Assembly: GCA_002083775.1 (NCBI GenBank) | Contig: MTEI01000006.1 | Span: 62,321-126,320 of the forward strand | Direction of reading: 5' to 3' | Source of the DNA: Rhodoferax ferrireducens | GTDB taxonomy: Bacteria; Pseudomonadota; Gammaproteobacteria; Burkholderiales; Burkholderiaceae_C | DNA: 64,000 bases | Part shown: positions 45,003-55,100 of the stretch, piece by piece | Position numbering within the stretch: the first letter of the stretch is position 1 | How the letters are laid out: every line of letters begins with the position of its first letter | Notes under the pieces: model-generated | What the model saw: the letters and a program-made list of their open reading frames with translations, nothing else | Database searches by the model: none | What the model was told of the DNA's origin: nothing | Made by a program: the position numbers and the translations under genes

Positions 45003-46145
45003 ATGCCCGCACTGCTTTCCACCATCGACCCTAACGGCCTGCTTGAATACTCGGTGGTCTATACCGACCGCGCCCTGAACCACATGTCCAAGCGTTTTCA
45101 GGGCGCCATGCGCGACATCTCCAGCATCCTGAAAGAGGTGTACCACGCCAAATCCGCCATCATCGTGCCCGGCAGCGGCACCTTTGGCATGGAAGCCGTG
45201 GCGCGCCAATTTGCCCACGGCAAAAAGGTGCTGGTGATCCGCAACGGCTGGTTCAGCTTCCGCTGGTCGCAGATTTTTGACATGGGCAAGATCCCGTCAG
45301 AGACCATCGTGCTCAAGGCCCGCCGGGTGAACGACAGCAGCCAGTCGCCCTGGATTCCGTGCCCGATTGAAGAGGCCGTGGCCACCATCCGCGCGGAGAA
45401 ACCCGCCATGGTGTTTGCACCGCACGTGGAAACCTCCAGCGGCATGATGCTGCCCGACAGCTACATCCGCGCGCTGGCCGACGCCGTGCATGAGGTGGGT
45501 GGCATGATGGTGCTGGACTGCGTGGCCTCGGGCACCATCTGGGTCGATATGCAGGCCACCGGGGTCGATGTGCTGGTGACCGCGCCACAAAAAGGCTGGA
45601 GCGGCACGCCCTGCTGCGCCATGGTCATGCTCAGCGACCACGCGCGCTCTGCCATTGATAGCACTACCAGCAGCAGCTACGCCTGCGACCTGAAGAAATG
45701 GCTGCAGATCATGGAGACGTATGAGAGCGGTGCCCACGCCTACCACGCCACCATGCCCACCGACGCACTGGTCAGCCTGCGCGCGGTGATGCAGGAAGCG
45801 CGGGATTACGGTTTTGAGAAAGTGCGCGCCGAACAGGCCGAGCTGGGTGCCAAAGTGCGCGCGCTCATGGAGGCCCGGGGCCTGCCAAGCGTGGCCGCCC
45901 CAGGCTTCAAGGCCCCCGGCGTGGTGGTGAGTTACACCACCGACCCCGACATCCAGAACAGCAAGAAGTTTTTGGCGCTGGGTCTGCAAACCGCCACCGG
46001 CGTGCCGCTGCAGTGCGACGAACCGGCCGACTTCATGACCTTCCGGGTGGGCCTGTTCGGCCTGGACAAGCTGCACAACGTCGATCGCACAGTGGCCACG
46101 CTGGCGGGTGCGCTGACCGAGCTGGGCTTTCGCGGGCATCGGTAG
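45003..46145 (+). CDS. Class V (AGXT/PhnW-like) PLP-dependent aminotransferase
   Basis: GSGTFGMEAVARQF...VLDCVASG...VTAPQKGWSG matches the class V fold-type I pattern, with the PLP lysine in the PQKG context. Confidence 0.7.
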   Translation: MPALLSTIDPNGLLEYSVVYTDRALNHMSKRFQGAMRDISSILKEVYHAKSAIIVPGSGTFGMEAVARQFAHGKKVLVIRNGWFSFRWSQIFDMGKIPSETIVLKARRVNDSSQSPWIPCPIEEAVATIRAEKPAMVFAPHVETSSGMMLPDSYIRALADAVHEVGGMMVLDCVASGTIWVDMQATGVDVLVTAPQKGWSGTPCCAMVMLSDHARSAIDSTTSSSYACDLKKWLQIMETYESGAHAYHATMPTDALVSLRAVMQEARDYGFEKVRAEQAELGAKVRALMEARGLPSVAAPGFKAPGVVVSYTTDPDIQNSKKFLALGLQTATGVPLQCDEPADFMTFRVGLFGLDKLHNVDRTVATLAGALTELGFRGHR

Positions 46146-46527
46146 TTGCGCCCTACCGCGCTGCCAGCAACGGCAACAAGGTTATCGCCACAGCACCACA
46201 ATCGCGTTTTATGTCCTGTCAACACCCCCCACCCAAAAAGCCGCTTGACGCACGCCGCTTTGTCGAAAAAACCAGCTGGTTGCGCCCCTACACACGCTGG
46301 GCCACACGTGTCTCGCTGAATTCTCCCGGCTGGCTGCCCAGCGCGGTGCGCAACGCGCCTTTGAAACTGTCGTCGCTGATCCTGCGCGGCTACCACCGCG
46401 CGCTGAAGTAGTCACCACCGGCTACCCGCAGAAACATTCTTTACCCGCGCTTTACACGCCTGCGACGCCCCTGCGCCACACGGCGGGCACCATGAAGGCC
46501 TGTTCAACACACCTGAAGGTGAATCTC

Positions 46528-47271
46528 ATGAAAAAGCCCCTCTTACTGATTGCCGCACTGGCTGCCAGCTCCCTGGGTTTCGCCCAGGAAGTGGGCCGAG
46601 TGATTTCTGCCACCCCGGTGCTGGAGCAGGTTGGCGTGCCGCGTCAGGTGTGCTCTGTGGAGCAAGTGCAGGTGCAGCAGCGCAATTCGGGCGCCGGTGC
46701 GGTCATGGGTGCCATTGCCGGCGGTGCCATGGGCAACGCCGTTGGCGACGGCAGCGGTCGCGCGGTGGCCACCATGATCGGCCTGATGGGCGGCGCCATT
46801 CTGGGTGATCGCATCGAGGGCGGCTCGGCCACCCAGTTGCAAAACGTGCAACGCTGCAGCACCCAGACTTTTTATGAGAACCGCACCGTGGCCTACAACG
46901 TGGTCTATGAATACGCGGGCAAGCGCTACCAGACGCAAATGTCCGACGACCCTGGCCCCACCCTCCGCCTGAACATCAGCCCGATGGGGACAAGCATGGC
47001 GCCCGCTGTGCCCGCCCGCACGGTGATTTATGACGAGCCGGTGCGCGTGGTGAGACAAGCCCCGGTGATGGTCATGCCCACAGTCCACCTGCAGTTCGAC
47101 AACCGGGCCTGGCGCCAGCCGCATCCGGTGGTGGTGGCCCAGGTGGACCGGTACAACGACCACCGCCTGGAGCAGCGTGTCGATCGCCGCCTGGACCGAC
47201 GTGATGACCGTCGGGACGACCGCCGTGACGACTGGCAAGACAAGCACCGCGACTGGCGCGACGGACGTTAA
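46528..47271 (+). CDS. Glycine-zipper 2TM domain outer-membrane lipoprotein-like protein with an Arg/Asp-repeat tail
   Basis: Trimmed to ATG 46528 (signal MKKPLLLIAALAASSLGFA). Glycine zipper GAVMGAIAGGAMGNAVGDGSGRAVATMIGLMGGAILG. Tail DRRLDRRDDRRDDRRDDWQDKHRDWRDGR. Confidence 0.7.
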   Translation: MKKPLLLIAALAASSLGFAQEVGRVISATPVLEQVGVPRQVCSVEQVQVQQRNSGAGAVMGAIAGGAMGNAVGDGSGRAVATMIGLMGGAILGDRIEGGSATQLQNVQRCSTQTFYENRTVAYNVVYEYAGKRYQTQMSDDPGPTLRLNISPMGTSMAPAVPARTVIYDEPVRVVRQAPVMVMPTVHLQFDNRAWRQPHPVVVAQVDRYNDHRLEQRVDRRLDRRDDRRDDRRDDWQDKHRDWRDGR

Positions 47272-47738
47272 AAAACCCCGGGTATCAAGCGTTTGCACCG
47301 CAGGCAGTAGGCAGCGTACTGCGGGTGGTGCTCGCGCAGCCACTGCTCTTCGAGCGTGGCCTTGGCCAGCAGGGTGGCAAGAAGCGCCAGCCACAGCCCC
47401 CAGGCCAACCAACCCCCAGGCACACAGGCCATGGCCGCAGCACTGAGCAAAACAGTGGTGTACATCGGGTGACGCATCAGCCGATAAGGCCCGCTGGTGA
47501 CCAGCACGCCGCGGGCTTTGGGCTCGGGGTGCACATTGAAGTTACCCATGCGGTTGTGTAGCAAGGTCCAGCCACCCAGCAGCCCGGAGAGCGCCAGCAG
47601 CCCCCAACAGATCAGTCCGGCTTGGCCAAGCAAAACGCTTGGCAACACCAACATCCCCAGCCAGGTCAGCAGGCCGAACTGCAGTAGCACCAGCAGGTAG
47701 CCAAGAAGATGACGGTTTGGAAAATCAGAAATGGGCAT
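47268..47738 (-). CDS. ICMT/phospholipid-methyltransferase-family membrane protein
   Basis: Four TM helices and the motif GPYRLMRHPMYTTVLL typical of isoprenylcysteine carboxyl methyltransferase-like proteins. Confidence 0.7.
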   Translation of the reverse strand: MPISDFPNRHLLGYLLVLLQFGLLTWLGMLVLPSVLLGQAGLICWGLLALSGLLGGWTLLHNRMGNFNVHPEPKARGVLVTSGPYRLMRHPMYTTVLLSAAAMACVPGGWLAWGLWLALLATLLAKATLEEQWLREHHPQYAAYCLRCKRLIPGVF

Positions 47739-47748
47739 GGTCCCGATG

Positions 47749-48801
47749 TTACGGGGTCATGGCAGCCTTCGTGCCCTTCAGTTCGACCTGAACGCGGCGG
47801 TTGGGCAGCAGGCAGTCTTGCAATTGCACCGGTGTGGTGAACTTGGCTTGGCAAGCTTCAACTTGCTCAGTGTCCCCTTTGGCCTCCACGGCGATCGACG
47901 ACACGGTCAAGCCCTGCGCCAGCAGCAGATCACGCACCGCCTCCACCCGCTTTTGCGACAGTTGCTGGTTGTAGTCCTTGTTGCCCGTGCTGTTCAATCG
48001 GTCGGCGTGGCCGGTGAGCGAAAGCGATTCGACGCGGATGCCCTGTTGTTTGACCTGTAGCACCAGCGCATCAAGCGCAGCACGGCTATCACTGCGGATA
48101 TGCCCAGCGCCCGACTGGTCAAAGTCGAACAGCACCAGGGCCGACAAGGCCACAGGCACCGGTGGCAGAACAGCCGCTACAACTTCAGGAGCTGCTGGCG
48201 CTTTTGGACACTGGGCTACCAGCACATTAGCTTGTGCAAGCAGATCTTCCGCTATTTGCACATAGGGTTTGGCATGCCGCCACTGCTGCTGGTTGAATTC
48301 GTTGCCCGCGTGCACCAGCTCAACCTCGGCGCACGCCACCTGGGGCCAGGCGCACTGGAAACCGCTGTCTTTCTTGATCGCATCGGTTCGCGCCCACAAG
48401 TCCGGACGAAGGCGCACTGCACCATTGACCAGCGGTGTCTCCAGCGGCAGGGGTTGCGCCTTATTTTCCAGCGCGATGATGAGTTTTTCGGACTCGCTCA
48501 ACGCCTCCTGCGGGAACGCACTGCGGTCATTGCGGCTGTATTCCTGCAGCGACACATCCAGCCAGCACTGCGCCTTGCTCAGGTGATAGTCGCGCACCGG
48601 CACTCCCCGCTCATTGAGCTGGTGAATGCGCTCCTGCAGGGCCAGGTAGGCCTGGTGGTCGGCATGGATGGCGGTATCCGAGATGCGCTGTGCCTGTGGC
48701 GTGAGCTGCGTCGTGGCGGTACCTGCCCCTTGTGCCCAGGCCTGCGCACAGCCCAGGCCGATGCCCAGCAGGGCCACGATGGAAAGAGTGGTTTTGTTCA
48801 T
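47749..48801 (-). CDS. OmpA-family protein (helical N-terminal domain + C-terminal OmpA peptidoglycan-binding domain)
   Basis: Signal peptide. C-terminal LFDFDQSGAGHIRSDSRAALDALV...LTGHADRLNSTGNKDYNQQLSQKRVEAVRDLLLAQG. Confidence 0.8.
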   Translation of the reverse strand: MNKTTLSIVALLGIGLGCAQAWAQGAGTATTQLTPQAQRISDTAIHADHQAYLALQERIHQLNERGVPVRDYHLSKAQCWLDVSLQEYSRNDRSAFPQEALSESEKLIIALENKAQPLPLETPLVNGAVRLRPDLWARTDAIKKDSGFQCAWPQVACAEVELVHAGNEFNQQQWRHAKPYVQIAEDLLAQANVLVAQCPKAPAAPEVVAAVLPPVPVALSALVLFDFDQSGAGHIRSDSRAALDALVLQVKQQGIRVESLSLTGHADRLNSTGNKDYNQQLSQKRVEAVRDLLLAQGLTVSSIAVEAKGDTEQVEACQAKFTTPVQLQDCLLPNRRVQVELKGTKAAMTP

Positions 48802-48834
48802 GATGAAGACTCTGAGAAATGGGTTGGGTGGTCT

Positions 48835-51800
48835 TTAACGGTCCATCGCGCGGTTGATCGCCTGGTTGCTGCCGACAAACAGGTTTTGATCAAACTTGAA
48901 CCGCAAACGCACATAGAAACCGTCGCGGGTGTATTCGTAACCAGACAGGTCGCTGTCGGCGGCAAAGCCGGTGTGGTTGTAACCCGCTGAGAGCCACAGG
49001 TTCTGCTTGACCAAATAACCCACCTCCAGCCCCAGCGCGTGCTGTCGGGCACCGTACTGACCCACCTGCATAGCGGCCATTAGCCCCAGGTCCCAGTTCT
49101 CGGTCACGTCATAGACCAGTCTGCCTGAATACAACTGCGCCCTGAAGCCATCCGACACGCCATTTTCAAACCGGTCTTTCTGCCACTTGGCAGCAAAACG
49201 CCCGGTCAGCCACCAAGGGCGCGACGGATGGTAGTCGGCGTGCATCGACACAATGTGCGCGCGCGTGCTGACTGAGCCCGTGGTGGCGTTGCTGTCGTCC
49301 TGCTCGGTCTTGTATTCGTACTTGGCCAGGGCATTGATACGGTTGGTGTCGGTGTCGCGATAGGCTACCCCCACCTGCACGCGGTCCTGGAATACGCCGC
49401 CACGGGTTTCATAGCTGGTTTTCAGGAGGTAGTTGCGCGCCAGAAAAGTCCAGTCGCGGTTGATCTTGCGTGCTGCCATCACCTGCCACAGCGTGGTGTT
49501 GAAGGCCTCGTTGTCGGCTGTGGTTTCCACGTCACCGCTGATGCGGTGCTCCAGCTTGGTGGAACCGCGCCACAGCGGGTGTGCGGTGTAGTCCAGTCCG
49601 ACCGACACCGCCTGTGTGGTGGGTGCCGCGCCAGACACCACCTGCGTCCACTCATAAGCCGTGTTGACGCGAAGACCTGGCTGCAGGTCCCAGCCATTGC
49701 GCACGCCCGAAGCCAGTTGCGTGTCGGCCCCGCTGAGCGCATCACGCAGCCGGTATTCGCTGAACAGCTGTGTGTCGCGCCAATACGAGGTGTCCACGCC
49801 AAACACCAGCGCGTTGGTGGTGCTGTCAGTGGTGGTCACGGCATTGGTCGCAGACAAACCGGTCTGGTGCTCGGCCCGGGCATACAGCCGGGTGCGTTCG
49901 GCCAGCACATAGTCGCCGCCCAATGCATAGCGATTGCGCGGCTCGCCGGCGATATCGTTTTCAATCTCGCCACCCAGCGTCAGCCGCTCGGTGGCTTTGA
50001 AGCCCAGGCCCACGCGCACCGTGTCACTGCTCAGGCCATTCAGGCTGGTGCTGGTCGGCGTGGCAAGCAGGCCGCCGTTCTGGATTTGCGGCAAACCGGT
50101 GACCGGGTCAATGGTCTGGTTGCCAAAACCCACCGCGCCACCGGCCGCCCCGGTGGCAATGCTGCCGGTCAGCCCCGACGTTGAGGCAAAGGGGGATGCC
50201 GAACTGCTGGACAGCGTGCCCGCCGATTGACGCACCGCGCGCAAACCCGCATCCAGCGTGAGGCGGTCGCTGAGCTTGATGTTCAAGCCCACCAGCGCTG
50301 CATCTCGGTCGGCCGCGCCCGGGTTGCGGTCTTCACTGCGCTGCAACTCGGCATAAAGCTTGGCCGTGTCGGTGACTTTGACCGAACCGCGCAGCAATGC
50401 TTCAGCCTTGCCGCCGGTCAGGGGTGAGGCCAAGTTGTTGAAAGTGGGGTCAGACTGGCCGATAAACACCCTACCTTCGGTACGCTCCCCCTCATGCGCC
50501 AGTTCCACCCGCCAGGCGTTACCACTGACATCGCCGCTGCTGGCTGCCAGGCCCGGCAGAGTGGACTGGTTCACCGAGTTGGTGTTGACCGTGCCCGAGG
50601 TGCGCGCCACTTCGGCCACCAGCACCGTGCCGGTGGCGATCCGCCAGCTCAGGTTGGCACTGCTCAGGCGGTTGGCGGCCAGCGGGTTCTGGTCCTCCAC
50701 CACCGAGCCACCCACCTCCCACTGGTCGTTGATCCGCAACTGGCCGTCGGCCCCCACCACCCAGAAGGCATCACCGCCCTGATCCACCTCATAGCTCACC
50801 CGCAACGACACGGGGTTGAGATCGGGATCCAGCGAAGGCAGAAACTGGTTAAGCACAATGCGCCCACTGAACGGCTCAAAGCTGTAGTCCGCCAACGCGG
50901 CCAAAGGCCGGGTGCTGAGAATGCGCGCCGGTGCGTTACGGTCACGCACCAGCACCTCCACCTTTTCAGTGCCCACCACCGCGCCGCCATTGCGCAGCCC
51001 ATAAGGGCCGCTGCCCTGACTGGCAAACTCTTCAATGACCTGGCGCAAAGTGTCATTAATAGCGAAGACATTGCCCTTGATGCTCTCTTTGTCATAGTGC
51101 CAGCGCACGCCAGTGGCGCTGCGGTTGTAGACACCCAGGCTGCGCTGCTGGATGGACGCCACCGCCCCGCCGCCGCTGCGCTGGCTGAAACCGTCACCGG
51201 TGACAAAGTCACCATAAAGCAGATAGCTCTTGCCCTTGTCCACCCGCACATACAGCGCACTGGCCGACTTGGCATCTTCACCTTTGAGCGACGCGTCGCC
51301 ATACACCGGGTAAAAGGCATCGGGCTGGATGTCTGACAGAAGCCGCGAGCGCACTTCTTTGTCAGAGTCATAAGCCGCGGTCAACAAGTACTCGCCCTTG
51401 ACCACACCCTTCAGGAAAAACGCGGTGCGTACGGCAGCGCTGTTACCGTCACCAAAGACGCGGCTGAACCGTTCAATCTCGCGCTCAAACCCGTCGTTGG
51501 TGCGCGCCGGTGTCAGCACGCTGCCACTGCCGCTGAGGTTGATCACGCCTTCAATCAAGCCAGCAGCCACCATGTTGCGCATATCGGGCACAAAACTCAC
51601 CACACCCGATGCCTCTTGCCCCCCCACGGTTACCCGCAGTTTGACGTCTTGCGGATTCATGGGGGCCAGCAGGCTGAAACGCGCCATGCCCTGGCGGACC
51701 TCCAGTTGCACACCCGGTGTGGTGCGGTCGGCATCGCGCGCGCCGGGGCCGGCCTCGTCGGTCGATGCGCCGGGCAACAAGATGCGCCCGCCAGTGGTTT

Positions 51801-52182
51801 CCAACGTGGCAAACACGCTGTTGGCCAGCGGCTTGCCATCCTGCCCCAGCACCCGCACGGTCACCGCCACGGCGGTTTGACCATCAGCCGGTACACCGTT
51901 GCGGGCCACTTCCACCACCAAATGGGCAGCATTGGCGTTGACGCTGTAGTCCACCCCTTCTACCTGGGCTTTCAGCACCGTGCTTTGCTGGCCGGGCTGC
52001 GCACCTGCCGGATTGGCCAGCGGGTAGAGCGACTGGGTGGTCTGTGACCAAACTGCTGGGTGGGACAGGGCAAAAAGCGTCGCCAGCGCCAGGGCGTGAA
52101 CGCGAAAGTGATTGCGGGTGTTCAGACGGGCGGTGCTGCGCATGGGGGTCGTCTTGTCGAGGCGGTTTGAATTAGCGTGCAT
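48835..52182 (-). CDS. Large putative outer-membrane protein: N-terminal Ig-like (Big-type) domain followed by a long beta-strand-rich region
   Basis: Start is ATG 52182 (11-nt overlap with the upstream stop) or ATG 52143 (MRSTARL...ALATLFALSHPAVWSQ signal). An invasin-like Ig segment is GVPADGQTAVAVTVRVLGQDGKPLANSVFATLETTGG. The C-terminal ~600 aa show alternating-residue strands typical of beta-barrels. Family not recognised. Confidence 0.5.
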   Translation of the reverse strand: MHANSNRLDKTTPMRSTARLNTRNHFRVHALALATLFALSHPAVWSQTTQSLYPLANPAGAQPGQQSTVLKAQVEGVDYSVNANAAHLVVEVARNGVPADGQTAVAVTVRVLGQDGKPLANSVFATLETTGGRILLPGASTDEAGPGARDADRTTPGVQLEVRQGMARFSLLAPMNPQDVKLRVTVGGQEASGVVSFVPDMRNMVAAGLIEGVINLSGSGSVLTPARTNDGFEREIERFSRVFGDGNSAAVRTAFFLKGVVKGEYLLTAAYDSDKEVRSRLLSDIQPDAFYPVYGDASLKGEDAKSASALYVRVDKGKSYLLYGDFVTGDGFSQRSGGGAVASIQQRSLGVYNRSATGVRWHYDKESIKGNVFAINDTLRQVIEEFASQGSGPYGLRNGGAVVGTEKVEVLVRDRNAPARILSTRPLAALADYSFEPFSGRIVLNQFLPSLDPDLNPVSLRVSYEVDQGGDAFWVVGADGQLRINDQWEVGGSVVEDQNPLAANRLSSANLSWRIATGTVLVAEVARTSGTVNTNSVNQSTLPGLAASSGDVSGNAWRVELAHEGERTEGRVFIGQSDPTFNNLASPLTGGKAEALLRGSVKVTDTAKLYAELQRSEDRNPGAADRDAALVGLNIKLSDRLTLDAGLRAVRQSAGTLSSSSASPFASTSGLTGSIATGAAGGAVGFGNQTIDPVTGLPQIQNGGLLATPTSTSLNGLSSDTVRVGLGFKATERLTLGGEIENDIAGEPRNRYALGGDYVLAERTRLYARAEHQTGLSATNAVTTTDSTTNALVFGVDTSYWRDTQLFSEYRLRDALSGADTQLASGVRNGWDLQPGLRVNTAYEWTQVVSGAAPTTQAVSVGLDYTAHPLWRGSTKLEHRISGDVETTADNEAFNTTLWQVMAARKINRDWTFLARNYLLKTSYETRGGVFQDRVQVGVAYRDTDTNRINALAKYEYKTEQDDSNATTGSVSTRAHIVSMHADYHPSRPWWLTGRFAAKWQKDRFENGVSDGFRAQLYSGRLVYDVTENWDLGLMAAMQVGQYGARQHALGLEVGYLVKQNLWLSAGYNHTGFAADSDLSGYEYTRDGFYVRLRFKFDQNLFVGSNQAINRAMDR

Positions 52183-55100
52183 CGCTGGCCCCTGTGCGAG
52201 GTGTTACCAACGGCTGGCTGGCAGAGTCGGTACCCTGCTGCGGATAGGCTGGCGGCTTGCTTCTGAAGCGCAGCGCTGGCCCGGCAGGTCGCTCGGTCTC
52301 TACCGAGCGCACCTCACCCTGGCTGCGCCGGGCCTTGACCTGTTCCAGCACCTGGTTGGCGCAACTGCCTTCAACGAAGTCACCCCGATGCAGTTCTCCA
52401 TTTTTCAGATCCAAAAACAGGCTGTCGGCATCGCCCAGATTGCGGTTGCTGGATGTCGTCAGGCGCGAGCCGGTTGGCAGCGTGCTGGGGTCCGCGGTAA
52501 GCACATGGCTGCGCGGCGTGATGCCGCAGCGGCTGTACTTGCCCTCCACATCGGTCACCACAAAGTGGCCGTCCGAGAAGTACAAGCGCACACCGGGAAT
52601 GCCCAGCTCTTCAGGGTCCTGAATATGGTTGTTGTTGCAATCCACAAACACCTTGCCCAGCAGGCAGGCGTCGGTGGTGAAGACACCGCCGGTGACTTGG
52701 ACCTTATATTGGGCGGCGTTGGACTGCACGCTGTTGGCAATGGGCAGCAAGGCGGCATTGAGACAACCAGCGGTCACGCTGCACCCATGCGCCTGCGCTG
52801 TGTTGATGCCACCACCTTGCATCGCACCCACACCCACGCGCACACGGTACTGCAGCTTGATCACTTGCGGTGCCGTGCCTGTGGCATTGGTGGAACCACG
52901 CAACTGGCCGAGGTTGAAGCCAAGCACCGGGCCGAGTCCGCCAGACGGATCGGCAGCGGGCACCCCGTTGATCTGTACGGTACCGCGCACCAGGGTGAAA
53001 CCGGCTGGCAAACGGTCTCTTACGGTGACCTGCGGCAGCAAGCCAGACGAAATCAGCCGCACTTCAACGGTGTACCGCACGGTGTCGCCCACTTCTACAA
53101 GCCGCTTGTCACCGGTCTTGCTGATCACAAACCCATTACCCGACAACGGGTCCAAAGGAATGTGGTTGTTGAGCACATTCGCCGAGCCGCTGGACAAATT
53201 GAACACCGCGTAATACTGGGTGCTGCCTTGGTTGGTGGCATTGAAGCCACTGGTGTTGGACGGGCAGGCAGATGGCGCATGCAAGGTGGACGCAGTGGTT
53301 GGTGCCGCGTCACTTGTTTGCACCAAGGCAGGCGCGGGCGCTGCTCCCACCGTCAAGGTGTTTGTGCAGACAGGAATCAGCGCCGAAGGTAGCGTGGAAT
53401 AGCCACCTGGGTAGGTCGTCACAGCCAACTGGTAGTCCCCCGCCGGTGCCGACGGATTCAGCAGGAACTGGTACAGACCATCAGCACCGGTGGTAAAGCT
53501 GGCTTGCCCACCGACCAGATCGGTCACCGGGTTGAAACCTGCCGGCCCGCTGACGGTAACCACAGCGCCTGCCACAGGTTGACGGGTGATCGCGTCATAC
53601 ACCACACCCGCCGGATCAATCGGCAGACTTTGCTCAATGGTGGTCGTACCCGAGGTGAAGGTCAGGTTGGACAAAGTGCCGTCCGTGACCACAGCGCCCG
53701 CCGGGTTGGCACCCGAACGGATACCCGTGCCAACCGCTGTGGTTCCAGAGTTTGTGCCACTAGTGAAGCTCGTACCGCTTTCATTAGGTACGGCGCGGCC
53801 CCAGATCAACCCGGTCACCGGGTGACGAAAGCGAATCTGATAACCAGAGCCGGGTGCCAGACTGCTCAAGATGTAGGTGCCATCAGCAGCGCTGGTGGTG
53901 GAGCCCACCAGCACACCACTGAGCAGCAGTTCCACCGTCCAGCCCGCCTGGCCTACATCGTTGATACCCGCGACATAGGCACGGTCATGGTCCTTGTCCA
54001 GCCACACCCGCCCTGTCACGGCAGCGGTCGTTGCTACCGCAACAGGAACTGTAGCCGTGTTGTTACCGGTCAAGCCAGCGGGCTCTCCGCCCCCCGATAT
54101 GACTGCCGAATTGGTCAGAATCTGTCCTTCCAGGCCAGCGGCCACAGCAACCCGCGCAGTGATGGGCTGGCCAGTGGAGGCCGCACCAATCACGCTACTA
54201 CTGGTACAGGTGAAGGCACCGGCTCCAATTGCGCCTAAACAACTCCAGCCAATACCACTGGGCGTTTGAGCCACGGTGATGCCTGCTGGCAAGGTGTCGA
54301 CTACCGTGATGACGCCGCTGGTAGCGACAGACCCAACATTGCTGGGTGTGATGGTGTAGTAACCGGTTGAACTGCCAGCCGCAAAGCTGGACGGGCTGTG
54401 GGTTTTCACAATGGCCAGATCCGGCGCTGGCCCTGGTACCTCAGCAAAGTTGTTGTCGGCAGACACGATGTTGGAGCCCGCCAGGTTGATGACCGAAATG
54501 ACACTGGGCGCGGTGCCTGTGCCCGTGGCCGTGCCGCCGGCGCTGCCTGCGGTGGTCGTGCCGTTGGTGGTTCCCGACGGCTGCGCAGGCTGTGTCACCG
54601 TGTAGCCACTGCCATTGGACTCGGGCAGGTTGGCAAAGCTGTAGCGGCCATCACTGCCGGTGGTGGTAGTGCGCGTGACAGGGTTGCCATTGACATCCGT
54701 GCCTGTGAGGTTGATCGTCTGGTTAGGCAAGCCATAGTCGGAGCCATTGGGCGTGCCGCTGTTGTCATAGTCCACAAACACGCGGCCCGAGAGGGTGCGC
54801 CCGTTGGGAATCTCGGCAAAGTTGTTCGCACTAGAAGCCGTATTGGGTGGCAAAACAATTTTGGTCGTGGTACCAATGGTGCTAGGCAGCGTAGTCACCG
54901 CAGTGACGGTGCCCGGTGTCCCGCCATTGGCCACCGTGCCAGCGCTTGTGATGCCGCTGGAAGTACCCGCAGGCTGCACGGGTTCGCGCACCGAGTAGCT
55001 GCCGGGTGCCAGACCGGTAAAGCTGTAGTTTCCTGAAGCGTCGGTGGTCGTGGTGGCAATGACCGTGCCGCTACTGTTCAACAATTCAATCGATACCCCG

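Noticed and set aside
46146-46527. 382-bp gap after the aminotransferase gene, examined for a missed gene, pseudogene or structured RNA.
   Set aside because: All six frames give only short low-complexity ORFs. No tRNA-like or riboswitch-like conserved motifs were recognised. Only the AACCAGCTGGTT palindrome, reported separately, stands out.
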